Origin: a virus
Lineage: Duplodnaviria > Heunggongvirae > Uroviricota > Caudoviricetes
Virus record (IMG/VR): IMGVR_UViG_3300029686_000225
Strand: one strand, 5' to 3'
DNA length: 48,664 bases
How positions within the stretch are numbered: position 1 is the first letter of the stretch; each line of letters begins with the position of its first letter. Positions 18,299 through 26,224 of the stretch are shown here, in pieces. The notes under the pieces are model-generated. The model was not told where the DNA came from and did not search any database. It was given only the letters and a program-made list of their open reading frames with translations. A program made the translations under genes and the position numbers.

Positions 18299-18831
18299 GT
18301 ATCCCCCTTTACTGCCCGGCGCTGGCGCTTGTGCTTCTCATTCAGCGCCATCAGCCGCGTTTCTGCCTCCTGCTGTTCCTGTGGTGTCACCTCGCCGCAC
18401 GGCTGGCCTTTCAGGTCGTAACGTGCACCACCAGCCATTAAGGCGCGGTAATAGCGCGGAGACTGCGCATAGGATGCCAGCGTCGCACGTAATGCCCCCG
18501 GCCCGAATGTCAGCCCCCTGGCGGCGATATCCTGCATCAGGTCGTCGCATATCCCCACCTTAAGCGGCTTCGGTGCTTCCCGGCTGAATAAGTCAGGCCA
18601 CATCTCTGTGAGGCGGTTAACGCGCCTGCGGTTTTTGCGCTGGCGTTTGGTCATATGCCGCCACGGTGTCGCCTCTGTGGGCTTCTGTTTGCGGCTCTGC
18701 TGTGCGTTCTGATTGCCGGGCATCACTTTATGCGCCGATGTGGCTTTATCCTGCTGCTGTGCCGTCTGCGTTGTTTTCTGCGGCGTGCCGTAAATGCCTT
18801 TCGGTTTTCGGTTAATGGTCAGCGTTGTCAT
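18289..18831 (-). CDS. ProQ/FinO-family RNA-binding protein
   Basis: C-terminal region PLKVGICDDLMQD...LRATLASYAQSPRYYRALMAGGARYDLKGQPCGEV resembles the ProQ/FinO domain; basic N-terminus. Confidence 0.65.
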   Translation of the reverse strand: MTTLTINRKPKGIYGTPQKTTQTAQQQDKATSAHKVMPGNQNAQQSRKQKPTEATPWRHMTKRQRKNRRRVNRLTEMWPDLFSREAPKPLKVGICDDLMQDIAARGLTFGPGALRATLASYAQSPRYYRALMAGGARYDLKGQPCGEVTPQEQQEAETRLMALNEKHKRQRRAVKGDTCQ

Positions 18832-18867
18832 GCTTTCCCCTGTAATAACTCTGTTCGCTGTTGTGAA

Positions 18868-19293
18868 TTAAAACGGTATGTTATCCCCGTACGGGTCATC
18901 GTGCTGGCTTGTCTGTTGTTTTGCCCTGTTCAGTGCGTCAGTGGCCTGGCCCTGCTGGCCTTTTTTGCCGCCCGGTCGCGCCGTTCGCGCACTGATTACG
19001 CTGTCTGCGATAACCTGCCAGCCCTGTCGCGTTTCCCCGTTCTGGCCTGTCCACTGGCTTACCTGCATGTTACCCGCCACGCTCACCAGTTCGCCTTTGC
19101 GGTGTTTTGCCAGTGCGTCGGCCTGTCTGCCAAACGCCAGGACAGATAACCACATCGTCGCCGTTCCGTCATCTGCCTGGCTGCACGGCAGGGGAACCGC
19201 CATACTCGCCATAGCCATTTGTGTCCCCTTGCTGGTGGTCTTTAACTGCGGGTCAGCCACCAGCCGCCCGTAAGCCGCTATCTGTGCTGTCAT
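18868..19293 (-). CDS. ssb: single-stranded DNA-binding protein
   Basis: OB-fold pattern and acidic C-terminal tail ...DDPYGDNIPF. Confidence 0.8.
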   Translation of the reverse strand: MTAQIAAYGRLVADPQLKTTSKGTQMAMASMAVPLPCSQADDGTATMWLSVLAFGRQADALAKHRKGELVSVAGNMQVSQWTGQNGETRQGWQVIADSVISARTARPGGKKGQQGQATDALNRAKQQTSQHDDPYGDNIPF

Positions 19294-19357
19294 GCTGTCT
19301 GTTCTCCGGTTTTAACGTTGATTGTTACGCTTGTTTACACCCTTACGGTGAAATTCT

Positions 19358-19480
19358 GCGGGTTATAATCGCACTTTTGCGGGTTATAACTGCCGTTTTG
19401 CGGGTTACGTGCGGGTTATTGATTTCCTTTTTATTCATACAGTTAATGCACTTATGCACAGGATAACCCGCATAACCCGC
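19358..19480. repeat. candidate replication origin iterons (GCGGGTTA x4 direct, TAACCCGC x2 inverted)
   Basis: Direct copies at 19358, 19379, 19400, 19411 (21, 21, 11 bp spacing); inverted at 19464, 19473; immediately 3' of the primase-helicase gene. Confidence 0.7.
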
Positions 19481-19503
19481 AACTTTTCACCTCACACAGG
19501 GGG

Positions 19504-21627
19504 TTAATCTTCTGCCTCAGGCTGGAACATCAGCACGTAAAAAACATGCTGCTTCCCCCCAATTTTGCCGAGCGCCTTTTTCTTGTAACGGCGATCGTTA
19601 CCCGCTTCCAGCATTCCGGCAGCACTCAACGCGCGGGCAAAGTGAGACGGATTAAATCCCTGTGCTATCTCACCCTCAAATACATGCGGGAACGTGTAAA
19701 AACGGAACTCGTCATCTTCGTTTCTGATACACCCCTTTCTGTATCCGGCAAGCTCTTTAATCGGTAAATCACGCTCGTCGGTGTTGGGCCACGGAAGGTA
19801 TCTGCTGAATCCGAACGACGCTAAAAAAGCCTCTGCCTGTTCAACCATCTGTTTAAACTCCCTGTTACCCGTGCCGAACTCCTTCACCCAGGCATTAAAA
19901 TTATGCTGAATGGCATCGCGGCACGCCTGAACATCCCAACCAGTAATATGGACGGAAAGCACCAGCGCCGACTCCAGCATGGCGAATCGTTCCCCCACAC
20001 GGTGAACCTGTTCGCCGTAACTCTCCGGTATCAGGTTGCGCCACCGTTCACGGCATGCCCTTACCGTATCCTTTGCCTCCTGCTGGTGGTCTGCCAGCCA
20101 TTTAACCCATTCACGCCCCGCCGCCCCGTGATTTTCTGTCCAGGCATCCTTTAACGCGTCTGCGTGTGCCTTTCCGGTGCTGTATTCGTGAAACTGCGTG
20201 GCTTTTTCCATTGGCACGTTAAGCAGGCGGACAAGCTGCCCCGCCTTGACTTTTATCCCCTCCGTTTTGAGGAATGTCTCAACGTCCATTTCTCCGGTGC
20301 TGATTGCCACCGTGCGCCAGTGTTTGATCTCCCTGTTGCCGCCGTCCTTCGCCCCCTGTAATTTCCCCGAACCGTTAAACAGCGTATAAGCCGACGTGGA
20401 CACTTCCCGCGCGTTTCCGGCCTGGCCTATTTCATCCAGGGGTAAAAGCCCGTCATTGTGTGCCTCTGCTTCGTTGGCGATACCTAACGCTGTGCCGTAC
20501 CAGGTCAGCCGCTGCGCGTCCGGCTCTCCCCATAAACTTGATGCGATGTTCTGCGTTGTGGTCTTACCTGCCGATGACTGTTCGAAAAGATGTACCCCGA
20601 AGCCGTCAGCACCCACCAGCCCGATTAATGGTGCGGATAGCGATACCGCCACACCCAGCATCATGGACGGATTACCACCAGCCAGTCGCGCCACACTGTC
20701 GCGCCAGCCCTCCGCCGTTCCTGCCACGGAATAACCATTAACGGCAGCCGTTTTTCCGGTAAACAGGACTGGCTTTTCGCAATCACCAATGACCGAACCG
20801 TCCGGCATGATGTACGCGCCAAAATGCCAGCCCGTTGTTGTGCTTAACTGCCATTCCTCATGGTTTCCGCTTAACTGCATCCAGTCAGCCAGGATAGCCC
20901 TGTATTTACCGTTGGTTGTCACGTTCAGTCCGTGGTCTTTCAGCAGCCGCCAGCCGTCACGGTCGCCAATGCCACCGCACGGAACCGCCATCGTGATGAC
21001 TTCATGGTTTGCTGGCTTTTTCCAGCGCATCACGCGGTAATGCTCTTTGCCGATTGTCCCCGTTCCCAGTAGCTCAAGCGGGGAGCATAACCACGTTTCA
21101 GGCCGGATAATTTCGCCTGACTGCTTATCCACTTTTGGCGTTACCCAGAAAACACCATCGGCGCGGCTTTCAACGCGGGGCTTTAATTCATCATCACCCG
21201 GGCTTTCTGTGATTTTTTTCTTTAAGGGCAACACCAGACTTTCCCCGCGCTCGTATTCGTCTTTGAGGCGAGGCAACTGGTCGGATAAATCCGCCGGGCT
21301 GGTGTCAGTTATCCCCGCGTATTCGTATACGGTCTTCACGCCAGCCACAGCCAGCAACGTGACGATCTGTGTGAGGCTACGTTCAGTGATGTGCCCTGCG
21401 CGGTAAATACGCACACACTGACGGCTATCATCAATAATTTGATAACCGGTAATATCTTTCAGGTGTTCATCTGACAGAACGACAGGCGGCACATTGTCGG
21501 CGGCAATATGCTTACCTGCCCATTCCTGCCACTCTTTCGCATGGCTCCACGCATCACTACCCGCAAAGATGATAACCTCCGTCATTTTGTCGGCTGGCTG
21601 GTGCTTTAAGTTTGGTGCGCGCTTCAT
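19504..21627 (-). CDS. replication initiator, putative primase/helicase
   Basis: 707 aa with Walker A-like SSAGKTT; sits next to the iteron cluster as PICI/P4 replication genes do. Confidence 0.7.
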   Translation of the reverse strand: MKRAPNLKHQPADKMTEVIIFAGSDAWSHAKEWQEWAGKHIAADNVPPVVLSDEHLKDITGYQIIDDSRQCVRIYRAGHITERSLTQIVTLLAVAGVKTVYEYAGITDTSPADLSDQLPRLKDEYERGESLVLPLKKKITESPGDDELKPRVESRADGVFWVTPKVDKQSGEIIRPETWLCSPLELLGTGTIGKEHYRVMRWKKPANHEVITMAVPCGGIGDRDGWRLLKDHGLNVTTNGKYRAILADWMQLSGNHEEWQLSTTTGWHFGAYIMPDGSVIGDCEKPVLFTGKTAAVNGYSVAGTAEGWRDSVARLAGGNPSMMLGVAVSLSAPLIGLVGADGFGVHLFEQSSAGKTTTQNIASSLWGEPDAQRLTWYGTALGIANEAEAHNDGLLPLDEIGQAGNAREVSTSAYTLFNGSGKLQGAKDGGNREIKHWRTVAISTGEMDVETFLKTEGIKVKAGQLVRLLNVPMEKATQFHEYSTGKAHADALKDAWTENHGAAGREWVKWLADHQQEAKDTVRACRERWRNLIPESYGEQVHRVGERFAMLESALVLSVHITGWDVQACRDAIQHNFNAWVKEFGTGNREFKQMVEQAEAFLASFGFSRYLPWPNTDERDLPIKELAGYRKGCIRNEDDEFRFYTFPHVFEGEIAQGFNPSHFARALSAAGMLEAGNDRRYKKKALGKIGGKQHVFYVLMFQPEAED

Positions 21628-21938
21628 TTTGCCTTTCCCCGTTCACGAATAATTTCACGTACTGCCTTAATGCGTTCCATTCCTGTAACGCGCATGATTC
21701 TGTCGATGTCGCTTAATTCTGCTGGTGGTGCTTTGCTTACCAGGGTGAACTCCCTGTCAAAGCGCATATGTGACGACACGCAGGGATGCGCATAACCTTC
21801 GCGGATATAGGTCACACGAAAATCATCGACGGTTTTAATCGTTATCGTGCTGCCGTATTTATCCCGGAAAATATCACCGGGGCGGATTTCAGGCCGAGCG
21901 TGACCGCTGGCAGTAAAGCCAGAATTTTTCTTTTTCAT
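21624..21938 (-). CDS. hypothetical protein
   Basis: 104-aa ORF; stop overlaps primase start (ATGA). Confidence 0.5.
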   Translation of the reverse strand: MKKKNSGFTASGHARPEIRPGDIFRDKYGSTITIKTVDDFRVTYIREGYAHPCVSSHMRFDREFTLVSKAPPAELSDIDRIMRVTGMERIKAVREIIRERGKAK

Positions 21939-21944
21939 GTTTTT

Positions 21945-22163
21945 TTACTCCAGAGGCAGCTTTTTAGCGGCGAGCTCAATATCAGATGTCAGAGAAACCT
22001 GTGTATTTGCCAGGTCTAACAACAAAGAAATAAGAATTTCTTCTCTGCTATCGGATTTATCGGTGCTAAGGCTGTTCATCCACATATTGACGACTTCCCT
22101 GATTTTTTTCGCAGAGTGCAGGGCTTCAAATGCCAGGTCTTCAATATCATGTTTATTTCGCAT
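21945..22163 (-). CDS. hypothetical protein
   Basis: ATG at 22163 with G-rich RBS; 72 aa. Confidence 0.4.
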   Translation of the reverse strand: MRNKHDIEDLAFEALHSAKKIREVVNMWMNSLSTDKSDSREEILISLLLDLANTQVSLTSDIELAAKKLPLE

Positions 22164-22398
22164 AATCGCCCCCGCCATTTTCACAATCAGCAATCAGGAT
22201 GGCTTTAGCCTCATTCAGCGCCATATCAGCGGTAAGCTGTGCGTAAGCCAGCGAATGCGGGATTATCGCCCCTGTATATTCCGTCTCTCTGGTAATGTGT
22301 TTTTCTGCGGTTGCTGCCGTGCATGAAATATCAATCAGCGCGTGCATTAGCGTTTTGATGGCTTCGGCGGCTGCGTCCGGACGGGTGTTATTGCACAT
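22153..22398 (-). CDS. hypothetical protein
   Basis: 81-aa ORF with AGGGGG RBS. Confidence 0.45.
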   Translation of the reverse strand: MCNNTRPDAAAEAIKTLMHALIDISCTAATAEKHITRETEYTGAIIPHSLAYAQLTADMALNEAKAILIADCENGGGDYAK

Positions 22399-22594
22399 GG
22401 CGTACCCCCTGACGAATACGGGCGGCGAATACCATCACGCAACCAGCCGGGGATTGCTGGCGTGCTTCCTGTTCGCTGGTGGCCTCAATGGTAATCACGC
22501 GCGGTTGTGCCGTGCTCAGGGCGATAAAACGCCAGATGTATTTATTCAGGTTGTGCGAGTCCCGCCCTTGCGGGTGTGTGGTATGATTTCTCAT
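22388..22594 (-). CDS. hypothetical small protein (first gene of leftward operon)
   Basis: 68 aa; ATG at 22594 with GAGGT RBS; only the 3' 207 nt of the 363-aa track ORF is taken as real. Confidence 0.4.
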   Translation of the reverse strand: MRNHTTHPQGRDSHNLNKYIWRFIALSTAQPRVITIEATSEQEARQQSPAGCVMVFAARIRQGVRHVQ

Positions 22595-22691
22595 AGCTAC
22601 CTCGATACTTCTGCTATCGTTGGTGGTTAGAAGCCCTGCGAGTGGTAACGACACTTGCGGGGCTTTGCATTTATGCGCCTTGATAATTTTA

Positions 22692-22727
22692 AGGTGTGGC
22701 CCACTATATGTTTTAGGTGTGGCCCAC
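22692..22727. promoter_or_regulatory. two 13-bp direct repeats AGGTGTGGCCCAC in a divergent promoter region (candidate operator)
   Basis: Repeats at 22692-22704 and 22715-22727, 23 bp apart, followed by TATACT and the RHH gene RBS. Confidence 0.45.
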
Positions 22728-22793
22728 GTCAAGAGTTTTATTTGTGCTTTTTCTGTGTATACTGTCCCCCACCAATCCACCAGAGGAATAGAA

Positions 22794-22973
22794 ATGGCAA
22801 CGGGTACAACAAACGCAAAATCACAAGCTCTAAAGGCTCGTGTACCACACGAAATAGTAAACGCCATGGAATCAGTGAAAGAATCAGGCGAAAGCACATC
22901 ACAATTCATCATTACGTCAATGCAAGGCGAGATCAAACGCCGCCAGCGTCGCAAGGCCAAAGAGCAGGAGTAA
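22794..22973 (+). CDS. putative ribbon-helix-helix-type regulator
   Basis: 59-aa ORF with AGGA RBS; only plus-strand gene in the element. Confidence 0.45.
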   Translation: MATGTTNAKSQALKARVPHEIVNAMESVKESGESTSQFIITSMQGEIKRRQRRKAKEQE

Positions 22974-23310
22974 CCATCACCAGCGCCGTGGTGTGAGGAA
23001 TCACGGCGGCAACCATAGGAGTAAAAGATGCCAAAACTTAAAAATTGTGCACTCTGTGCGATTGTTCTAATTGTCGCCGCCTTTATCTTAAAATCATGCT
23101 TCGAGAAAAAGAATCTTTGCGGAAGCAATGAAGGCGATATATTACGGCGTGCTTGCGATATAGAGTTGAAAAAAAGTTGAGCATAACCTAACCGCGACAA
23201 TGCCGTAGTTCCTGTAATTACAGAACAGCTCAGGATTTGCCCACCAGCCGCAAATGTGGCATTGTTGGTTATGCTCATGCGTTGGGGATAACGTGTAGCT
23301 TGTGTCAAGG

Positions 23311-23339
23311 GGCCACCGTAGCGGGTGGCCTTTGTTTTG
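23311..23339 (+). terminator. intrinsic terminator (plus strand)
   Basis: GGCCACC-GTAGCG-GGTGGCC then TTTGTTTTG. Confidence 0.5.
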
Positions 23340-23376
23340 CCTGTTATCCTGCAACTATGGTCATTTCGACCACGGT

Positions 23377-23465
23377 TGATATAATCCCCCCGCACAGATT
23401 CATTTTTTGCGCAGTAGGTTAATTGTTCGCAAGGGCGCTCCGGTAACGGGGCGCTTTTTGTTTTT
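23377..23465 (+). ncRNA. candidate small RNA (extended -10 promoter to intrinsic terminator)
   Basis: TGATATAAT at 23377-23385; hairpin GCGCTCCGGTAACGGGGCGC plus T-run at 23435-23465; no ORF. Confidence 0.3.
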
Positions 23466-23623
23466 ACCCACCAGCACAATAAAAATCTTCATTTTCCATT
23501 TTTGTAAAATTTCATGCTTTCCGGACGACTGGTAATATGTCATTTTTTAGCAGAAGATTTTGCCTTGCTGGTGGGTAGCTTCCCGGTCAACACGATGTAC
23601 CGTATAATCAACACCGCGTGTGG

Positions 23624-24217
23624 TTACTGAATACGCTCACCAAAGTAAAACTCAGGCTGGTATTCACGTATCAGCCTTTTTTCTTCTTCCTCCAGTTCAC
23701 GCTTTTTGCGCTTACATGCCTGTAGCTCCCTCCCCTTCTCGCTGGCACTTATCTGGTATTGCTCTTTGCGGCGGGAAAAATCCTGTAATGCGCCCCACGG
23801 GATACCATAAGCCCCCGTTTTTCTGATACCCGGTATCACATTTCTGAATACCCAATTACTGAAACGATGGGCGAACGTGCCAGGATTAACAGCTTTGCGA
23901 CTTCTGGCGATCAACTTGTAAAAACCTGATTCTGATACAACATTCCAACTTCTGGCACCACCACGCTTACCTGAATGACCCTCGGTTAAAGCTAGGGTCA
24001 TTACCTCATCGCTATCCAGAACTGAAACAGCATCGGTAACGTTGCTAATTTCCAGCGCCGCACACACATCAGCGCCAACAAACCACGGATCGCCGTTCAG
24101 ATACACCACGCGAACGTTCACACTATCAAAGCGCAGAACGACCAGATCGCGAATATCACAGAATTTTTTCACATGACGTGCGTCACCCTTGCCCGTCGCG
24201 GCAATATTTTTATTCAT
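23624..24217 (-). CDS. Bro-N domain protein (antirepressor-like)
   Basis: N-terminal pattern VRVVYLNGDPWFVGADVCAALEI typical of Bro-N/KilA-N; GAGGT RBS. Confidence 0.65.
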   Translation of the reverse strand: MNKNIAATGKGDARHVKKFCDIRDLVVLRFDSVNVRVVYLNGDPWFVGADVCAALEISNVTDAVSVLDSDEVMTLALTEGHSGKRGGARSWNVVSESGFYKLIARSRKAVNPGTFAHRFSNWVFRNVIPGIRKTGAYGIPWGALQDFSRRKEQYQISASEKGRELQACKRKKRELEEEEKRLIREYQPEFYFGERIQ

Positions 24218-24232
24218 CACTTTCTACCTCAC

Positions 24233-24264
24233 ATACAAAAAACCCCGCATTGCGTGGTGCGGGG
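24233..24264 (-). terminator. intrinsic terminator after alpA
   Basis: Minus strand CCCCGCACCACGCAATGCGGGG then TTTTTTGT. Confidence 0.55.
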
Positions 24265-24274
24265 TTGTCGGTAA

Positions 24275-24553
24275 TTACTTATTGGCGTTTTTGTATGGGC
24301 TGTTTACTTCCTTTACTCCTGGCGGATGCATAACCCACCAGAGCACATCAGAGAGCAACCAGGAAACAGACACTTTCCCTAAATGAGCACGAGCAGGAAA
24401 TGCTCCCTCCTGTTCAAGTACCCAACGTCTGCTTCTTGAAAGCCCGGTACGATTGGCACACTCATGTTCGCGTATACGGCGATCATACGGTTCGCCATGT
24501 TCTTTCAGAATCTGAATGCGTTCTTCGGGTGTAGGATAAATAAATTTTTGCAT
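24275..24553 (-). CDS. alpA: AlpA-family transcriptional regulator
   Basis: HTH_17-like segment TGLSRSRRWVLEQEGAFPARAHLGKVSVSW; GGTGA RBS. Confidence 0.75.
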   Translation of the reverse strand: MQKFIYPTPEERIQILKEHGEPYDRRIREHECANRTGLSRSRRWVLEQEGAFPARAHLGKVSVSWLLSDVLWWVMHPPGVKEVNSPYKNANK

Positions 24554-24566
24554 AAAAATATCACCT

Positions 24567-24592
24567 ATAAAAAAACCCGCCAAAAGACGGGT
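24567..24592 (-). terminator. intrinsic terminator
   Basis: Minus strand AACCCGTCTTTTGGCGGGTT then TTTTTTAT. Confidence 0.45.
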
Positions 24593-24616
24593 TGATTATA
24601 TCTCATTTAATTTAGT

Positions 24617-24838
24617 TCAGGGTTTCCATTCACCCTTTACCCATTCCAGCACCTCAGATAAGCGCCAGACTTTTGTTTGTGGGCCAATACATATTTTCCG
24701 TGGAAATTTTCCTTCCTTTTCAAGTAATGCTCTGTGTCTCCTGCCAAGAGCTGTTAACCATGCACATTCATCTTCCTTAATCATCCTGTCGATTGTTTTA
24801 TCATTTTCAAGTTCTTCACGCGTAACTATTTCAATCAT
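24617..24838 (-). CDS. alpA: AlpA-family transcriptional regulator (second copy)
   Basis: HTH_17-like segment AWLTALGRRHRALLEKEGKFPRKICIGPQTKVWRLSEV; GGTGA RBS. Confidence 0.7.
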   Translation of the reverse strand: MIEIVTREELENDKTIDRMIKEDECAWLTALGRRHRALLEKEGKFPRKICIGPQTKVWRLSEVLEWVKGEWKP

Positions 24839-26039
24839 TACCGTCACCACTAATTAGCTTATTCAGATAGTCGTACCACCAGTTCATAGCTTCTTTTTTT
24901 CTGTCCATATACTGACTTCTGTTATAAACCCCGGCAACACCGCCTAATGTGTGCCCAAGCAACTGTTCAACCACATTATGTTCAAAACCATGATCACTTA
25001 GCTTTGTGGCAAACACTCTTCGCATATCATGCGCCGTCCATTTTTCCGAGTGTTTCATCCTTTTCCATGTCTTACCGATAGTTACGCTTGCCGTACACTG
25101 ACGCATATCAAACCCAATCACATTTTCTTTGTTACCTGTTATTTTTTTTAACGTAACTAACCAGTTAAACATGCCATCAGGAATCGGTCTGATTATTTCC
25201 CTGCCATTTTTGCTATGATCAGCGGGAACGCGCCATAATTTCTTATCAAAATCCCACTCTACCCAGGACGACAGTAATACTTCTGACAGTCGACAACCAA
25301 AAACTACCAGGAAACGTAAAATAATTCGGTTTTCATATGATAATTCGTGATTGTCATAATCAGTATTAATACTTCGCCATAAATCTCTGATTTCATCATC
25401 TGTTAAAACCCTGCTTCTTCGCGCAGACTTTTTTCCCACATCACAGACCTCAAGATCATCAATTTCATGACTAATCGCGTATTTTCTTACCCTACAAAAT
25501 TTAAGCGCCTGTTTTGATATACGCAACAAAGCTCCGGCCTGTACAGGTGCTACTTTTTTTATTTTGTCAAAACACTTGATCCACATAGATATAGAGCAAT
25601 CACTAAGTGGTACATGACCAATCACCGGATAAATATGTTTACCAAAGCACTGCCTGATATGTTCTGCTCCCCTACGCTTATCCATTGCATAATTATCAAG
25701 CCAGTATTCAAGTGCCTCACGAACGGTAACAGGTTGCAAGGTGGCTTCCCGTTCAATTTTTATCTGAATCCGTGGATCTCTGCCCTCCGCAAGCCAGGTT
25801 CGACACTGATCGCGCATCTCTCTCGCTGATTTGAGACTCAGATCAGGATATTTTCCAAGTGTCAGCCAGATGGGCGCGGTTCCCCTTCCCGCCAGTCTGT
25901 AAAAGAAAACAAAACTAACACATCCGTATTTACTGACCCGTACCGAAAGCCCGTTACCATCAGCGATGGTTTCCTGCCTCTCACTCCTGCGCCCAAGCAG
26001 GGAACGAAGTTTTTTATCGCTCAGTTTGTTTAGCGCCAT
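24831..26039 (-). CDS. int: tyrosine integrase (P4/PICI-type) of the inserted element
   Basis: About 402 aa; C-terminal catalytic region with R...H..R and HDMRR...LLGH...Y; adjacent to the element junction. Confidence 0.85.
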   Translation of the reverse strand: MALNKLSDKKLRSLLGRRSERQETIADGNGLSVRVSKYGCVSFVFFYRLAGRGTAPIWLTLGKYPDLSLKSAREMRDQCRTWLAEGRDPRIQIKIEREATLQPVTVREALEYWLDNYAMDKRRGAEHIRQCFGKHIYPVIGHVPLSDCSISMWIKCFDKIKKVAPVQAGALLRISKQALKFCRVRKYAISHEIDDLEVCDVGKKSARRSRVLTDDEIRDLWRSINTDYDNHELSYENRIILRFLVVFGCRLSEVLLSSWVEWDFDKKLWRVPADHSKNGREIIRPIPDGMFNWLVTLKKITGNKENVIGFDMRQCTASVTIGKTWKRMKHSEKWTAHDMRRVFATKLSDHGFEHNVVEQLLGHTLGGVAGVYNRSQYMDRKKEAMNWWYDYLNKLISGDGND

Positions 26040-26210
26040 GTGATTTATAACCCGTTTTTGCAATACACAGTGCAATACACAAATGATGAAAACAGCCAGA
26101 ACCTTCCAGAAAAAACAAAAACGACGAACAAGAAAAAATCTTTTTCTTTCATTTGGTTACTAAAAAAATCAGGACAGGTCGCACTGTTGTTACGGCGTGA
26201 TGTTACTTTC

Positions 26211-26224
26211 TTGGTAAAAAAATT
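26211..26224. repeat. right junction repeat of inserted element (TTGGTAAAAAAATT)
   Basis: Partner of 11261-11274; lies in terL codons F-T-K. Confidence 0.7.

Larger units (their letters stand above)
11261..26224. mobile_element. integrated phage satellite, capsid-forming PICI-like, inserted in prophage terL
   Basis: Bounded by a direct repeat inside a split terL; integrase at one end, AlpA regulators, primase-helicase with iterons, complete head/packaging module, no tail genes. Confidence 0.8.

Noticed and set aside
23142-23422. Overlapping ORFs of 70 and 61 aa in the satellite control region
   Set aside because: No RBS, mutual overlap on opposite strands, and they coincide with the terminator and promoter signals; the region more likely makes RNA.
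22388-23479. 363-aa minus-strand ORF spanning the satellite control region
   Set aside because: It runs antisense through a noncoding interval with promoter and terminator signals and has no RBS at its 5' end; only its 3' 68 codons (22388-22594), which have their own GAGGT RBS, were kept.
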